64,000 nt of DNA from Armatimonadota bacterium (GCA_039680575.1 JBDKSP010000077.1:1-64000), one strand, 5' to 3'; positions 27,509 to 37,610 are shown, counted from the first letter of the stretch. Notes: generated by a model from the sequence alone, not told the origin. Translations and numbers: made by a program.

Positions 27509-29377
27509 ATGACAGTCCAATTCGACAACTCAATAACGGACCGCGCCCGCGAGATACTCAGCCGGATCTTTGGATACGACGAGTTCTGGGGTGAACAGCA
27601 GGAGATCATCGATCATGTCATCCGTGGCGGCGATGCCTTTGTTCTGATGCCTACAGGTGGAGGTAAATCGCTCTGCTACCAGATACCTGCGATGCTAAGA
27701 GAAGGTGTGGGAGTTGTAATATCGCCGTTGATTGCCCTGATGCAGGATCAGGTAACCGCCCTAAAAGAGCTTGGAGTGAACGCGGAGATGCTTAACTCCG
27801 CGCTGAGCCCGTCGGAACAGTCGAGTGTCATAAGCAGGCTGCACAGTAAAGAAATCGATCTTTTGTATGTTGCTCCGGAACGGCTCGTGCTGGACTCGAT
27901 GCTCGATATGCTCTCTGGCATGGATCTGGCGCTTTTTGCTATCGACGAGGCCCACTGCGTGTCTCAGTGGGGGCATGACTTCAGGGAAGAATACCTCGCG
28001 CTCTCGATTCTCCACGAACGATTCCCCGACGTTCCCCGGATTGCTCTGACCGCGACAGCGGATGAGCCTACACGTAGAGAGATAGTCGAGCGACTGAATC
28101 TTAGTGAAGCGCGTCTCTTCGTTGCCGGGTTCGACCGTCCCAATATCCGTTACCAGATTGTGGTGAAGGAGAACCCTAAAAAGCAACTGCTTTCGTTCCT
28201 GAACGATGAACATGATGGCGACGCAGGGATCGTCTACTGCCTTTCCCGCAAGAAGACTGTGGAAGTGGCAAAATGGCTTAAGGACGCAGGAAAAAACGCG
28301 CTTCCATACCATGCTGGACTAAGTGCAGGCATTCGAAAACGAAATCAAGAGCGATTTCTGAGGGAGGATGGCGTCATCATGGTCGCCACAATAGCCTTTG
28401 GAATGGGGATCGATAAGCCTGACGTGCGATTCGTTGCACATCTAGATCTGCCGAAGAGCATCGAAGCCTACTATCAAGAAACAGGACGCGCCGGACGCGA
28501 TAGGCTGCCAGCTGACGCCTGGATGGCTTATGGGCTGGCCGACGTGGCTGTACACAGAAGCCTCATCGATTCATCGTACGCGGACGATGCTCACAAGCGT
28601 CTGGAGCATCGGAAACTGAGCGCTCTCCTGGGTCTGTGCGAAGCCGCGACCTGCCGCAGACAGATACTTCTTTCCTACTTCGGAGATGCGCCGACAGGAC
28701 CTTGCGGAAACTGTGATACCTGTCTTTATCCCGTCGAAACCTGGGATGGCACGCTTGCCGCAAAGAAGGCTATCTATCTGGTGAAGCAGACCGGGCAGCG
28801 ATTTGGAGCGACGTATCTTACCGATATAATGCTCGGCAAGACCAACGATCGGATGAGTCGTCTTGGACACGATAAACTAACTGCTTTCGGCAAGGGCACA
28901 GAGCTCTCCGAACGGGAATGGTCATCAGTATTCCGCCAACTCGTGTCTACGGGATATCTGGCAGTCGATATGGAGCGATACGGAAGCATTCAACTTACAT
29001 CCGAGAGCACAAGAGTACTACAAGGGGATGCAAGCATATCTCTAAGGAAGGATCATCTGGGTCGTGAGAAGAAGAAAAAGGTCAGTGCCGCAAGCAAGTT
29101 AGTTAATCCAGAGTCGGTTGGCCTCTTCGAAGCACTGAGAACCCGCAGATTGGATCTTGCCAGGGAACTGGGCGTACCTCCCTACGTCATCTTTCACGAC
29201 TCGACTCTCAAAGCGATGGCCGAAACTCGGCCTACAAGTTTGGAAGAGATGAGCCACATCAGTGGTGTGGGCGAACACAAGCTGGAAAAGTACGGCGCGA
29301 TCTTCCTTGAAGTGATTGGTGTATCAACTACACCCAAGCAGATTAATCCAGCAATCTCATCTGCATGTGCTCGATAG
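27509..29377 (+). CDS. recQ: ATP-dependent DNA helicase RecQ (moron)
   Basis: MPTGGGKS, DEAHCVSQWGHDFR, QETGRAGRD, Zn cysteines, RQC and HRDC (PPYVIFHD); TGGTATAAT at 27462-27470; ATG 27509. Confidence 0.95.
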   Translation: MTVQFDNSITDRAREILSRIFGYDEFWGEQQEIIDHVIRGGDAFVLMPTGGGKSLCYQIPAMLREGVGVVISPLIALMQDQVTALKELGVNAEMLNSALSPSEQSSVISRLHSKEIDLLYVAPERLVLDSMLDMLSGMDLALFAIDEAHCVSQWGHDFREEYLALSILHERFPDVPRIALTATADEPTRREIVERLNLSEARLFVAGFDRPNIRYQIVVKENPKKQLLSFLNDEHDGDAGIVYCLSRKKTVEVAKWLKDAGKNALPYHAGLSAGIRKRNQERFLREDGVIMVATIAFGMGIDKPDVRFVAHLDLPKSIEAYYQETGRAGRDRLPADAWMAYGLADVAVHRSLIDSSYADDAHKRLEHRKLSALLGLCEAATCRRQILLSYFGDAPTGPCGNCDTCLYPVETWDGTLAAKKAIYLVKQTGQRFGATYLTDIMLGKTNDRMSRLGHDKLTAFGKGTELSEREWSSVFRQLVSTGYLAVDMERYGSIQLTSESTRVLQGDASISLRKDHLGREKKKKVSAASKLVNPESVGLFEALRTRRLDLARELGVPPYVIFHDSTLKAMAETRPTSLEEMSHISGVGEHKLEKYGAIFLEVIGVSTTPKQINPAISSACAR

Positions 29378-29633
29378 ACGGTATTCTCAGCACCCTCCCT
29401 ATCTCAATCTCCAGTGGGAAAAATAAACCGTTATAATCACAGACAATCCACCATAAGTCGGCACTTCCGAGGTAGCGATAGGCGATTAGGTCGATCCGGT
29501 CGCCTTCAATAACGGTGTGGAAAGTATCGTCGGGCTGTGGAGTCGTATCTATACGTTGTCGAGCGCCGAAAAACTCGTCGCCGCCATCTACGTAGAGTAC
29601 GCAACCCGCATATCGTGAATCCGGGCCAATCAT
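29343..29633 (-). CDS. LysM / tail X-like baseplate protein
   Basis: HTVIEGDRIDLIAYRYLG..LWW.VCDYN..LRIP. Confidence 0.85.
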   Translation of the reverse strand: MIGPDSRYAGCVLYVDGGDEFFGARQRIDTTPQPDDTFHTVIEGDRIDLIAYRYLGSADLWWIVCDYNGLFFPLEIEIGRVLRIPSIEHMQMRLLD

Positions 29634-30100
29634 TTTCTAACCTCCGAATAGCTAACCGACTTCTGCACTACCTCCTCAATGGTCAGGTCCACCTCGGCGT
29701 GCTGCGGGAGAAGACTGCTGCTGTCAAACATGTGAAAGTACCGAACCCTCACCTGCCGCACAACGGAGAGGACCCCTGGATAGAGATCTCCAAAGAAGAA
29801 CAGGACCTTGTGGGGAGCATTTCTCAAGACCGTCTTTGCGTGCTCAGGATAGAGGAGAGATTGAAGCCACGCCACCTTCTCTTTAACCGGCCCCTTGAAG
29901 AAGGTGACCTTGAAAGTAATACGCCGGGCTTCCCCCGCCACATATTGGTATCTTGGATGGCTCATCCCAGGTACCTTTATGGTCGCGAAGTCGGTGCTCT
30001 TCTCGTCTATGATCTCGTCCGGGTTGTGCTGGAACTCGAGTTTCTCCCGCGTTACAACGTCCACCAGGTATCCGGTTGTAATCTTTACGTCAGTTGGCAA
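29630..30100 (-). CDS. Tail tube initiator-like protein
   Basis: EFQHNP.EI...K, VPGMSHPRYQYVAG; between tape measure and LysM genes. Confidence 0.7.
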   Translation of the reverse strand: MPTDVKITTGYLVDVVTREKLEFQHNPDEIIDEKSTDFATIKVPGMSHPRYQYVAGEARRITFKVTFFKGPVKEKVAWLQSLLYPEHAKTVLRNAPHKVLFFFGDLYPGVLSVVRQVRVRYFHMFDSSSLLPQHAEVDLTIEEVVQKSVSYSEVRK

Positions 30101-30435
30101 TCTGTTAGCTCCTGAATCTCCATGATGGGTTTGCCAAGCCTGTGGGCACGCTCCGTTTCAGTCTGCATGCCTTCAGAAATGCCATTGCCCGTGTAGACCC
30201 ACACCTCGTCGCAAGACTCCATGAACTTTAGCCCCAACCGTATGCCGAGCACCCGTTGTTTCGGATCGTCATCGTCCAAGAACCGCGTGTAGAGAAGATG
30301 AGGAGCGAAGGGAGCATAGCCTGAGCGGATTGCCATCCGGCACAGAGCCTTGGCGACCTCGACGTTCTTTTCCACGTCGCCGGCATACCGACTGCAGATA
30401 AAGACCTTCTTCCTGTATCCGTCAGAGCGTTTCAT
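30085..30435 (-). CDS. DUF4406-like (nucleoside deoxyribosyltransferase-like fold) protein
   Basis: VFICSRYAGD, PFAPHL, CDEVWV, SEGM..E. Confidence 0.7.
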   Translation of the reverse strand: MKRSDGYRKKVFICSRYAGDVEKNVEVAKALCRMAIRSGYAPFAPHLLYTRFLDDDDPKQRVLGIRLGLKFMESCDEVWVYTGNGISEGMQTETERAHRLGKPIMEIQELTDCQLT

Positions 30436-33400
30436 AGTTCTTGACCCTCTGCTCCTTCATGTCTTTGTAGACTGCCCGGGCGATCTGCCGACCGTCGAGC
30501 TTCGTCGTAACCGACACCTCTATCGGCCGCTCGGACATGCCATCGAGTTTGGAGAGGATCGCTCCAAGGAGCGCTCGGACGTCAGCTGAGGGTTCACCCG
30601 GGGCTGCATTCTGTTCGGACGCGAGTGAGCCGCGCGTGACAGCCAGAAGCTGGGTTCTATCTTCACTTCTGCTGACTGGACCGGCTGTGTGTGGAGTCGA
30701 ACCAGTGACCACCGGAGTGAGTGCTAGAGTGCCCGCAACCGCGCCTGCCGGAAGCCCTACACTAAGAAGGCTCCTCGCTGCCCCAAGACTGTTCGCGAGT
30801 ACGCGAGCAGGTAAATCGGATGCTTGTGCAATTCCGGAGCTGAATGCCTCAAGAAGTGCCGATCCACTTCGAGTGATCGACGACAGTGGCCCTTCCTTCG
30901 CATCTGAAAATGGCAGAAGTCTCCGAAGCCTCGCGAGCGCTGATCTCGCCGCCTCAAAAGGCGCAGCCGCAGCGGACCTTATACCGTTGGCAATCGTAGT
31001 CATCACTGATCTACCGCTCTGGAAAGCTTGAGAGACCAGGTTCCTTGCGCTCGACATGATAGATGAGAAGGCTCCCGATACCGCGCTTGTGACAGTGCTC
31101 CAGGCAGAGGATGCTGCGCGGGCTAGGTTAGTGAAAGGTGCTCGGAGCCACCCAATAGCGGATGAAGCCATTGACCTAATACTCGACCATGCCGATGAAG
31201 CAATGGATGTGATCCACGACCACGCCGCTGTGGCATTACTTGCCACCCACCTGAACGGTGCGGCGACACTCTCGTATGCTGATGCGCCGATGGATGCGAT
31301 TGTCCGCCAAGCCGCTCTCGCCATATCCCTTGCCCATAGAAATGGAGTCGCGAGATAGCTCATGACGGCGTCTCCAATGGCTCGGATGCCATTCACAACC
31401 GAGATGTTGCCTGTGATCATCTGCCAGACAGTATATATGACCCGACCGACTGTGACGAGCGCCTGGATGAGCATCTTTAGTGGCAGGAAGAGCTTGTAGA
31501 CGTAGGGCGCGGCCGCCGTGAAAGCACCTGCTATGGTTCTCCCCAGCCAAACCACAGCCTTCACAACGAGCGTCACCACGCGGATGGTGAACACGAAGTT
31601 GTAGATCACGAACTTCAAGAGATATGCTCCCACCTGTGCAATCACGCCGAGTATCTTCCCGAGAGTCTGCCCCAGGCTCCGGTATGAGGAGGCATCGATG
31701 GCTGTTGCAGTCTTTCCGAAGATACCGAAGACCGACAGAAGCGCCTTCCCGAGTTCTGCAAACGCTCCCATCACAGCCCTTACGGCTGGCTCAAGGATGG
31801 TGCGGATCCTGCCGAAGACGGACGAGAACGCCTGCCAGAGCCCCGAGAGGAACTCCCGCACACGGTAGTAGACCTGAAAGACCGTCGTCACGAACTTCAT
31901 AAGCCCGGCAGCTTCAAGCTTCTTCGCAAGATCCGCAGACATCTGCCCTGTGCCGCCGGAGAGCGACACGATGAGCGCGCGGATACCCTGGAACGCGAGC
32001 GAAACCTTGTTCCAGACGCCCATGATCGTGTCTCTGATACCGCCGAAGTTCGTCTCCCATGCTTTCTTCAGGAACACCACCGCAATAACCACAGCAGCGA
32101 TGACTGCAACGACCGGCCAGAAATACGCCGATACGGCGGCTCCGACACCTGCGAGCATCGGAGTTATGGCGGCAAGTCCGGCTTCAAGGGCAGGAAGAAG
32201 AATGCCGATGGTGCCTATAGCGGATATGATCGTGCCGCCGACCACCAAGAGTATCCCGAGAGCAGCGCAGACTGTGAGTATGGCTCTCGTTACCCCGGGT
32301 GTGGACTTGGCCACACCCTGCAGGTAGAGGATAAACCGCGATATCCCCTGGAATAGCGGGGTGACTACCGGAAGAAGTGTCCTTCCGAGTATCTCCGCCA
32401 AGTTCTGGACCTGCTGCTTGACGATGCCATACTGCGAGCCGATGTCCATGTTCATCGCACGGGCCATCTCAAGCGTTACGGCAGTGCCGCCTTTCATAGC
32501 AGTCTCGATGCTCTTGATGTTACCTTCGAGCTGGTCAAGTCCCATAGACATTTGAAGAAGGAACCGTACGGCCTCGTCCGAGCCGAACGCTTTCTTCAGC
32601 TTCACCTGTGCAGCTGCCTGAGACAGGTCAGGGAATCCCCGTTTCAGTTCCTCCAGTATTGGCACTATGCCCTTCAGTTTCCCAGTGGAGTCGACGAAAG
32701 AGAGACCGAGTTCCTTCCCCGCCTCGGCGACCTTAAGCATGAACGCCTTGTAGAGGGTGCCTGCCTCGCTTCCCGGCATTGTCGTCTGAAGCTGTCCGAG
32801 GATCGCCATCTGTTCCTGAAGGGGCACGTTGGATGCGGCCGCTATCGCGCCGATGTTCTTTATCGCCTCAGCCATCTGCGGACCGGTCGTCTTGAACACG
32901 CCGACAGTCTCCGAGAGTGCCCCGGAGAACATCCTCGCCCAGTCCATGTCGGACATATCCTTCATGATGGGCTTGAATATTCCGTATGCCGTGGTGAAGG
33001 TCTCCACCATCTCCTGCGTTGTGGCTTTGGTCGCTTTACCGGTTATGGCCGCCATGGCAGCAAATGTGCCGACGGCTGTGTCAGAGAGATTGGCAAGCGC
33101 TGACTTTACGTCATACGCCGCGCCTATGAACTCGGCCTTGCTTGAGCCTGCCCACTTATTGGTAAACGACTCTGCCGCGTCTTCCATAGCATGAAAGTCC
33201 TTCACCCCAACAGAAGCGAGTTCTCCAAGTGCTTTCTGTGTTGCAGCGGTAGATGCGACAAGGCCCGCCGGGACAGCAAGAAGTGCAAGACCTGCGCCAA
33301 TCATCATCGTGCCGCGCTCGATTAGGCCGAGGTTTCTGGTCATGTTCTCGGATGCCTTCGCGACTGATGAGTCGAGCGTCTCCATCGACGACTGAACACG

Positions 33401-33463
33401 CATCGCGTTCTGCGTAAAGGCGTCTTTGAGTGATACGATTATGCCAAGGCCAAGGTCATTCAT
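30422..33463 (-). CDS. Tail tape measure protein
   Basis: ~1013 aa, Ala/Gly-rich amphipathic, WETNFGGIRD, LPFSDAKEGPL, LDGRQIA; ATG overlaps the upstream TGA. Confidence 0.9.
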   Translation of the reverse strand: MNDLGLGIIVSLKDAFTQNAMRVQSSMETLDSSVAKASENMTRNLGLIERGTMMIGAGLALLAVPAGLVASTAATQKALGELASVGVKDFHAMEDAAESFTNKWAGSSKAEFIGAAYDVKSALANLSDTAVGTFAAMAAITGKATKATTQEMVETFTTAYGIFKPIMKDMSDMDWARMFSGALSETVGVFKTTGPQMAEAIKNIGAIAAASNVPLQEQMAILGQLQTTMPGSEAGTLYKAFMLKVAEAGKELGLSFVDSTGKLKGIVPILEELKRGFPDLSQAAAQVKLKKAFGSDEAVRFLLQMSMGLDQLEGNIKSIETAMKGGTAVTLEMARAMNMDIGSQYGIVKQQVQNLAEILGRTLLPVVTPLFQGISRFILYLQGVAKSTPGVTRAILTVCAALGILLVVGGTIISAIGTIGILLPALEAGLAAITPMLAGVGAAVSAYFWPVVAVIAAVVIAVVFLKKAWETNFGGIRDTIMGVWNKVSLAFQGIRALIVSLSGGTGQMSADLAKKLEAAGLMKFVTTVFQVYYRVREFLSGLWQAFSSVFGRIRTILEPAVRAVMGAFAELGKALLSVFGIFGKTATAIDASSYRSLGQTLGKILGVIAQVGAYLLKFVIYNFVFTIRVVTLVVKAVVWLGRTIAGAFTAAAPYVYKLFLPLKMLIQALVTVGRVIYTVWQMITGNISVVNGIRAIGDAVMSYLATPFLWARDMARAAWRTIASIGASAYESVAAPFRWVASNATAAWSWITSIASSAWSSIRSMASSAIGWLRAPFTNLARAASSAWSTVTSAVSGAFSSIMSSARNLVSQAFQSGRSVMTTIANGIRSAAAAPFEAARSALARLRRLLPFSDAKEGPLSSITRSGSALLEAFSSGIAQASDLPARVLANSLGAARSLLSVGLPAGAVAGTLALTPVVTGSTPHTAGPVSRSEDRTQLLAVTRGSLASEQNAAPGEPSADVRALLGAILSKLDGMSERPIEVSVTTKLDGRQIARAVYKDMKEQRVKNYETL

Positions 33464-33639
33464 CACTTGCGGTGTCTATTCAAATCCTCTCGCTCGAAGT
33501 CGAGCTGATTCTCCAACGCCCGAACAAACTGTTGACGTTTGGAGATGGGAAGAGCGGAGACTTCTGAGTAACTCCAGTGAAGTCCCCCATAGGCAAGGAA
33601 GAAGGTGTCCCTTACGAGCGAACTCCTGGGAATAAAAAA
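33463..33639 (-). CDS. -1 frameshift extension of the tail assembly chaperone (gpGT-like)
   Basis: Slippery T TTT TTA at 33639-33633; -1 frame reads IPRSSLVRDTFFLAYGGLHWSYSEVSALPISKRQQFVRALENQLDFEREDLNRHRK*. Confidence 0.75.
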   Translation of the reverse strand, partial: FFIPRSSLVRDTFFLAYGGLHWSYSEVSALPISKRQQFVRALENQLDFEREDLNRHRK

Positions 33640-34289
33640 GCCGGTTCAGTCTCAAGTCTGGTCCTCAGCCTTGTGCCGCAGGACTCGCAGTCACATTCGA
33701 TGGTCGTGTCAATCCCGGCATCCACCCGTAGCATCTCAGCACGAAGCGCACTGCGGTCTCGCATGGACATCTCGGAAAGGGCCTTCTTCGTGGGAGCAGA
33801 GCCGTCTATCTCTAGGATGCGGATCATCATTGCAGACGAGATGTTTGGCTCCTGCATTTGGGCCAGGCGTTTTTCCTTATGTCCATCAAGGTAGGTAAAT
33901 CGGACCTTTCGGCCGGATCCCGGTAGTACAAACGTGAATTCCCGATCCTCTCCGTAGGAGGTAACCACGAGATCATCGATATTCACCGTGAGGCGGTTCT
34001 TGGCTCTGCACACAGGGTTTGGACAAGCAAGTTCAAGCTCGACTTCTTCGCCTAGTGAGACCTCTCTAAGTCTCACCAGGACAAAGAGCCTGTCGCCTGA
34101 GAGCATGTCGAGGACGTCCTTAGTAGATACATCCTCCCTGTCTCCCAGCCGGACTATGCAGTTAGCCAGAACCTGGTTCACTGCGTCACCGGAGCGGATC
34201 AGCCTCTGGTTTGTAAGGAGTTCCTCCTCGACCCCAGTCATCTCACGTAGCTCTATCTCAGTGCCACTTGGCAGTATAAATATATACAA
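33612..34289 (-). CDS. Tail assembly chaperone
   Basis: RBS GGAGG then TTG 34289; LPSG..LREMTG.EE, two CxxC-type motifs; between tube and tape measure. Confidence 0.8.
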   Translation of the reverse strand: MYIFILPSGTEIELREMTGVEEELLTNQRLIRSGDAVNQVLANCIVRLGDREDVSTKDVLDMLSGDRLFVLVRLREVSLGEEVELELACPNPVCRAKNRLTVNIDDLVVTSYGEDREFTFVLPGSGRKVRFTYLDGHKEKRLAQMQEPNISSAMMIRILEIDGSAPTKKALSEMSMRDRSALRAEMLRVDAGIDTTIECDCESCGTRLRTRLETEPAFLFPGVRS

Positions 34290-34323
34290 GAATATCCTCC
34301 AGTCTTCTGCAAACCTGTACAGT

Positions 34324-34782
34324 TTAGTCCCAATACTGATAGCAGATCGATATCTTCTCAATGGTGTTGTCGGAGCTTCCACCCTCGAGTTCGTCGTACT
34401 CTAGGGACTTAATCCATGCGCCATGTAGTGTCCACCTGCGGGTCTCGTTCCCGCTTCTGTCGTAGCGGACAATATCGATGTCTCGCATGTATTCATCCGG
34501 GAGCGCCCCGACACCGGCGTTTATGTCAGCCTGGAGCCTGACCCAGTCACGCGCGGATTCATCGGACCCATCGGCAAGGACTCCCTTCTCAAAGGTGATG
34601 TCTTCGAACTTGAGTCTTCCGGCGACCTTCTGGTCAAACATGGAGCCTGCGGGTGAGAAGGCGACCTCCTCAAACTCCGTCTTTGGCTCCTGGCCTTTTC
34701 TAAAAAGAGCCACATCAAAGCCGTTTATCTCGATGGCAAACTGCCAGTTCTGATAGAGACTCTGGGGCATTGTCACTTCCAC
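34324..34782 (-). CDS. Tail tube protein (T4 gp19-like)
   Basis: F.IEING, GRLKFEDITFEKG, RRWTLHGAW. Confidence 0.9.
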   Translation of the reverse strand: MEVTMPQSLYQNWQFAIEINGFDVALFRKGQEPKTEFEEVAFSPAGSMFDQKVAGRLKFEDITFEKGVLADGSDESARDWVRLQADINAGVGALPDEYMRDIDIVRYDRSGNETRRWTLHGAWIKSLEYDELEGGSSDNTIEKISICYQYWD

Positions 34783-34797
34783 TTATCTCACCTCCTA

Positions 34798-36333
34798 TTA
34801 GTAGAGCTCTCTAAAGAGAGTCCCTGTCGCCGTCAGGACGAAAGAGAGTTCCACAAACTCTGCCGTCTTCGTCGGCTTCACGAACACCCTCGCAACCATC
34901 TGGTTCTGGTCTATCATAGCCGGTGTGTTCGTCTCATCGTCGCACTGGACTCTATAGTCATAAAACCCGCCACGGCTCTTGATATTTCCGAGGAACGGGT
35001 TAATGAGCCGGATGAGCCCGCGCCATGTCGCCTGGTTGTTAGGCTCGAAGACCACGAACTTGGCGGATTCTGAGATGGCCTCCTCGATATACATCATCAG
35101 GCGGCGAACATTGATGCGGTCCGTTGCGGACGGCTGACTCTGAAGTGTCTTCTGGCCCCAGATGTTGATGCCGGTATCAGGGAAGCTTGCGATAACGTTG
35201 ATGCCCTCGGAGTAGAGCGCGTCACGCTCACCCCGACTTGTCTTGTAGCCAAGAGACAGCACTCCGAAGATCCTTCCCCGGTCAATCCCTGCAGGCGCGC
35301 ACCAGACGTCTGTCTTCTCGTCCGACCGTGCGATGCAACCTGCAACCGCACCAGTGGGCGGAATGAGCTTCGTCTTTCCGGTCAGGGGATCGGAGATTTC
35401 CAGCCATGGATAGTAGAGCGCCGCGTATGATGAGTTGAAAGCTGCATGTGTATAAGTTTCTTCGCCCTTCCTGAACTCAACCGCCTCAAGTGGCTCAAGG
35501 AGGATCGGCGTCTCCGCAATGAAGAGCAGATCCTTTCTGCCTTCTGCGTAGGTGATGCCGCCAGCTATAACCGTCGCTGTCGTCACACCAGGAACCGCAA
35601 GGATGTTCAAGGCATCTATTTCATCGAACGCATAAAGTCCGGTATGCTGGGACGAATCGCCGATGTAGTCTCCGTCCGCCATGCCGGTAATCCCGTCATC
35701 GCCAGCGGCAAGGTTGAACGTCCCCGCGGCCGGTCTGTTCTCCGCGGCGTTAGCCGCTCCCGAGAGGTCTTCTACGGTGATGAATTCAGACTTCTCACTC
35801 ACGACAAGCTCGACGTGGTTTGGCTTCGACTCGTCCATCGAGAGGTTTCTGAACACCTCGACAGTCTCACCCTTATACTGGACAGTCAGATCGAACTCGT
35901 TTGCAGAGTCGGCCGTGCCATCCGCGATTTCCACCGAGATGCTATCGCCCCACTTGCCTTCGTTTATCGCCGTGGCGCGCAGTGTATCCTTGGCAGCTTC
36001 TCCGACCCCTCTGTCCTTGAGTGCGACGGTTGCACACTTGGCTGCAAGCGTCGTGCGGTCGGTCGGGTCAGTCTGGTGAGCCACGCGGTTTACATATAGT
36101 ACCTGCCCACCGTTATCAAAGAAGGCACGTGCGGCGTACGCGAGGTAGCCATCAGCGATGTATGAGCCGAACTTCCTGACGAACTGCTCCCAGCTTGTCA
36201 CAAGTGTCGGCTTGCTGATTGGACCTTTCTCAGCAAGCCCGACCATTCCGCAGGCAGAGGTCGATATCTGCTTTACGTAGTAGCTGAAGTCTACTTCTTT
36301 TGTGTAGACACCAGGTGAAAGATATGATGTCAT
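34798..36333 (-). CDS. Contractile tail sheath protein
   Basis: YLSPGVYTKE, AFFDNGG, YYPW, WGQKTL, INVRRL, FEPN, AEFV. Confidence 0.95.
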   Translation of the reverse strand: MTSYLSPGVYTKEVDFSYYVKQISTSACGMVGLAEKGPISKPTLVTSWEQFVRKFGSYIADGYLAYAARAFFDNGGQVLYVNRVAHQTDPTDRTTLAAKCATVALKDRGVGEAAKDTLRATAINEGKWGDSISVEIADGTADSANEFDLTVQYKGETVEVFRNLSMDESKPNHVELVVSEKSEFITVEDLSGAANAAENRPAAGTFNLAAGDDGITGMADGDYIGDSSQHTGLYAFDEIDALNILAVPGVTTATVIAGGITYAEGRKDLLFIAETPILLEPLEAVEFRKGEETYTHAAFNSSYAALYYPWLEISDPLTGKTKLIPPTGAVAGCIARSDEKTDVWCAPAGIDRGRIFGVLSLGYKTSRGERDALYSEGINVIASFPDTGINIWGQKTLQSQPSATDRINVRRLMMYIEEAISESAKFVVFEPNNQATWRGLIRLINPFLGNIKSRGGFYDYRVQCDDETNTPAMIDQNQMVARVFVKPTKTAEFVELSFVLTATGTLFRELY

Positions 36334-36581
36334 CGAGTCCTTCCTCTCTTCTGCTCAGTCTGCTCGAACATCGCCTCCGGCTTCTCTCCTGTGCTGCTGT
36401 CCTCCGGCGCTACCGCCTTCTCGATCAGTGAGACCAGGCCGCGCCGAGCCGCAAGTCGAATCTCATTGGAAATCCGGTCCTTCAGTATCTGCCGACACTC
36501 CCTTGCCGAAAGGTGTAGCCCTTCACCGTCGCCCGCCAGATGAAGCGCGAGCGGCTGGAAGAGCAGGTTCTTTATCTTCAT
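36330..36581 (-). CDS. Hypothetical phage protein
   Basis: Translationally coupled to the sheath gene (ATGA overlap). Confidence 0.6.
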   Translation of the reverse strand: MKIKNLLFQPLALHLAGDGEGLHLSARECRQILKDRISNEIRLAARRGLVSLIEKAVAPEDSSTGEKPEAMFEQTEQKRGRTR

Positions 36582-36593
36582 AGAGATTGCTCC

Positions 36594-37112
36594 TTATATG
36601 CCAAGTTCCAGTTTGAGGCCGGTCGCGAGCTTCCCGCTCACCACCCGGCCATCGTAGATGGGGCAGTCCTCGATCCGGCATTTGCCGGACGCCTGCCGCA
36701 GGTTCGACAGGTTCACCCGCCTAAGTCCTCCAAGCGGGACAAGTTCAGTGACCGCAAGTGCCCCGCGATCCGGCACGTCAAGTGTCGGATGAAGCTGATA
36801 GAACCGAGCTATACGCTCTGTCAGGTCCAGGAGATCAGCCTCCTTACCACAGGTGACGATGACATCGAAGTCAAGATGATACAGCCTCGGGGCTTTTCGC
36901 TGCTCGAACGTCAACTCTGCCTCGTTTCGAAGGACGAGCATTGCTGGCGTCCGGCGTAGAGCATCTTCACTGATCGTTGGTCCTTGGAAGACTACGCTCG
37001 GTACGTTGGTCACCTCGAACATATCATCTGCCGCAACCAGCAATGCGCCAGGGTCAATCTCCGACTTCGCAAGCCGGATGAAAGCCTCGACCACCTCGCG
37101 GATAAGCTCCAC
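36594..37112 (-). CDS. Putative tail terminator / neck protein
   Basis: Position before sheath; RBS GAGGTG. Confidence 0.55.
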   Translation of the reverse strand: MELIREVVEAFIRLAKSEIDPGALLVAADDMFEVTNVPSVVFQGPTISEDALRRTPAMLVLRNEAELTFEQRKAPRLYHLDFDVIVTCGKEADLLDLTERIARFYQLHPTLDVPDRGALAVTELVPLGGLRRVNLSNLRQASGKCRIEDCPIYDGRVVSGKLATGLKLELGI

Positions 37113-37121
37113 ATCGTCACC

Positions 37122-37610
37122 TCACTTCAGGACCGAGAGGAGCGCCTCACGGTAGTTCCCTATAACCTGGTCTCGATACTTCTCCATCGTCGGATGCAGA
37201 AACGGCCTTGGCGGGATAACTATCACGGCACCTGATGGGTGGTTGATGGTCGCCCCGTACTCCATGATCGCGGCGATGTTCGCGACGCTCTCCCCGTCCC
37301 TGTAGACACTCGCCCGAAGAAGTCCCACGAAGGCACCATCTGAGAGTATCTTCTGGGTGATGCTGTTTATCAGGAATCCTGTGTCGATGAGGGCCTTCGA
37401 GGACCCTTTTCGGTCAATGGTCACCTGCGCGAGTGGCGCGAACGCCTCGCCGCCTGGTGCCTGATCTCGAATCCCTCGCTTTATCTCCCGCACGAGAAGC
37501 ACGGCGTTTTTGACGGTCGCCTGCCGAATCGCTCGCGCGAGCCGTTGATTGAACCCGTCCGTGAGGAGCGCCTTTGCCCTCTCCCAGTCTCCAAACCGCC
37601 TAACCGCCAT
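37122..37610 (-). CDS. Virion morphogenesis / tail completion protein
   Basis: LIDTG.L..SI, EYG, IPPRPFL. Confidence 0.8.
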   Translation of the reverse strand: MAVRRFGDWERAKALLTDGFNQRLARAIRQATVKNAVLLVREIKRGIRDQAPGGEAFAPLAQVTIDRKGSSKALIDTGFLINSITQKILSDGAFVGLLRASVYRDGESVANIAAIMEYGATINHPSGAVIVIPPRPFLHPTMEKYRDQVIGNYREALLSVLK

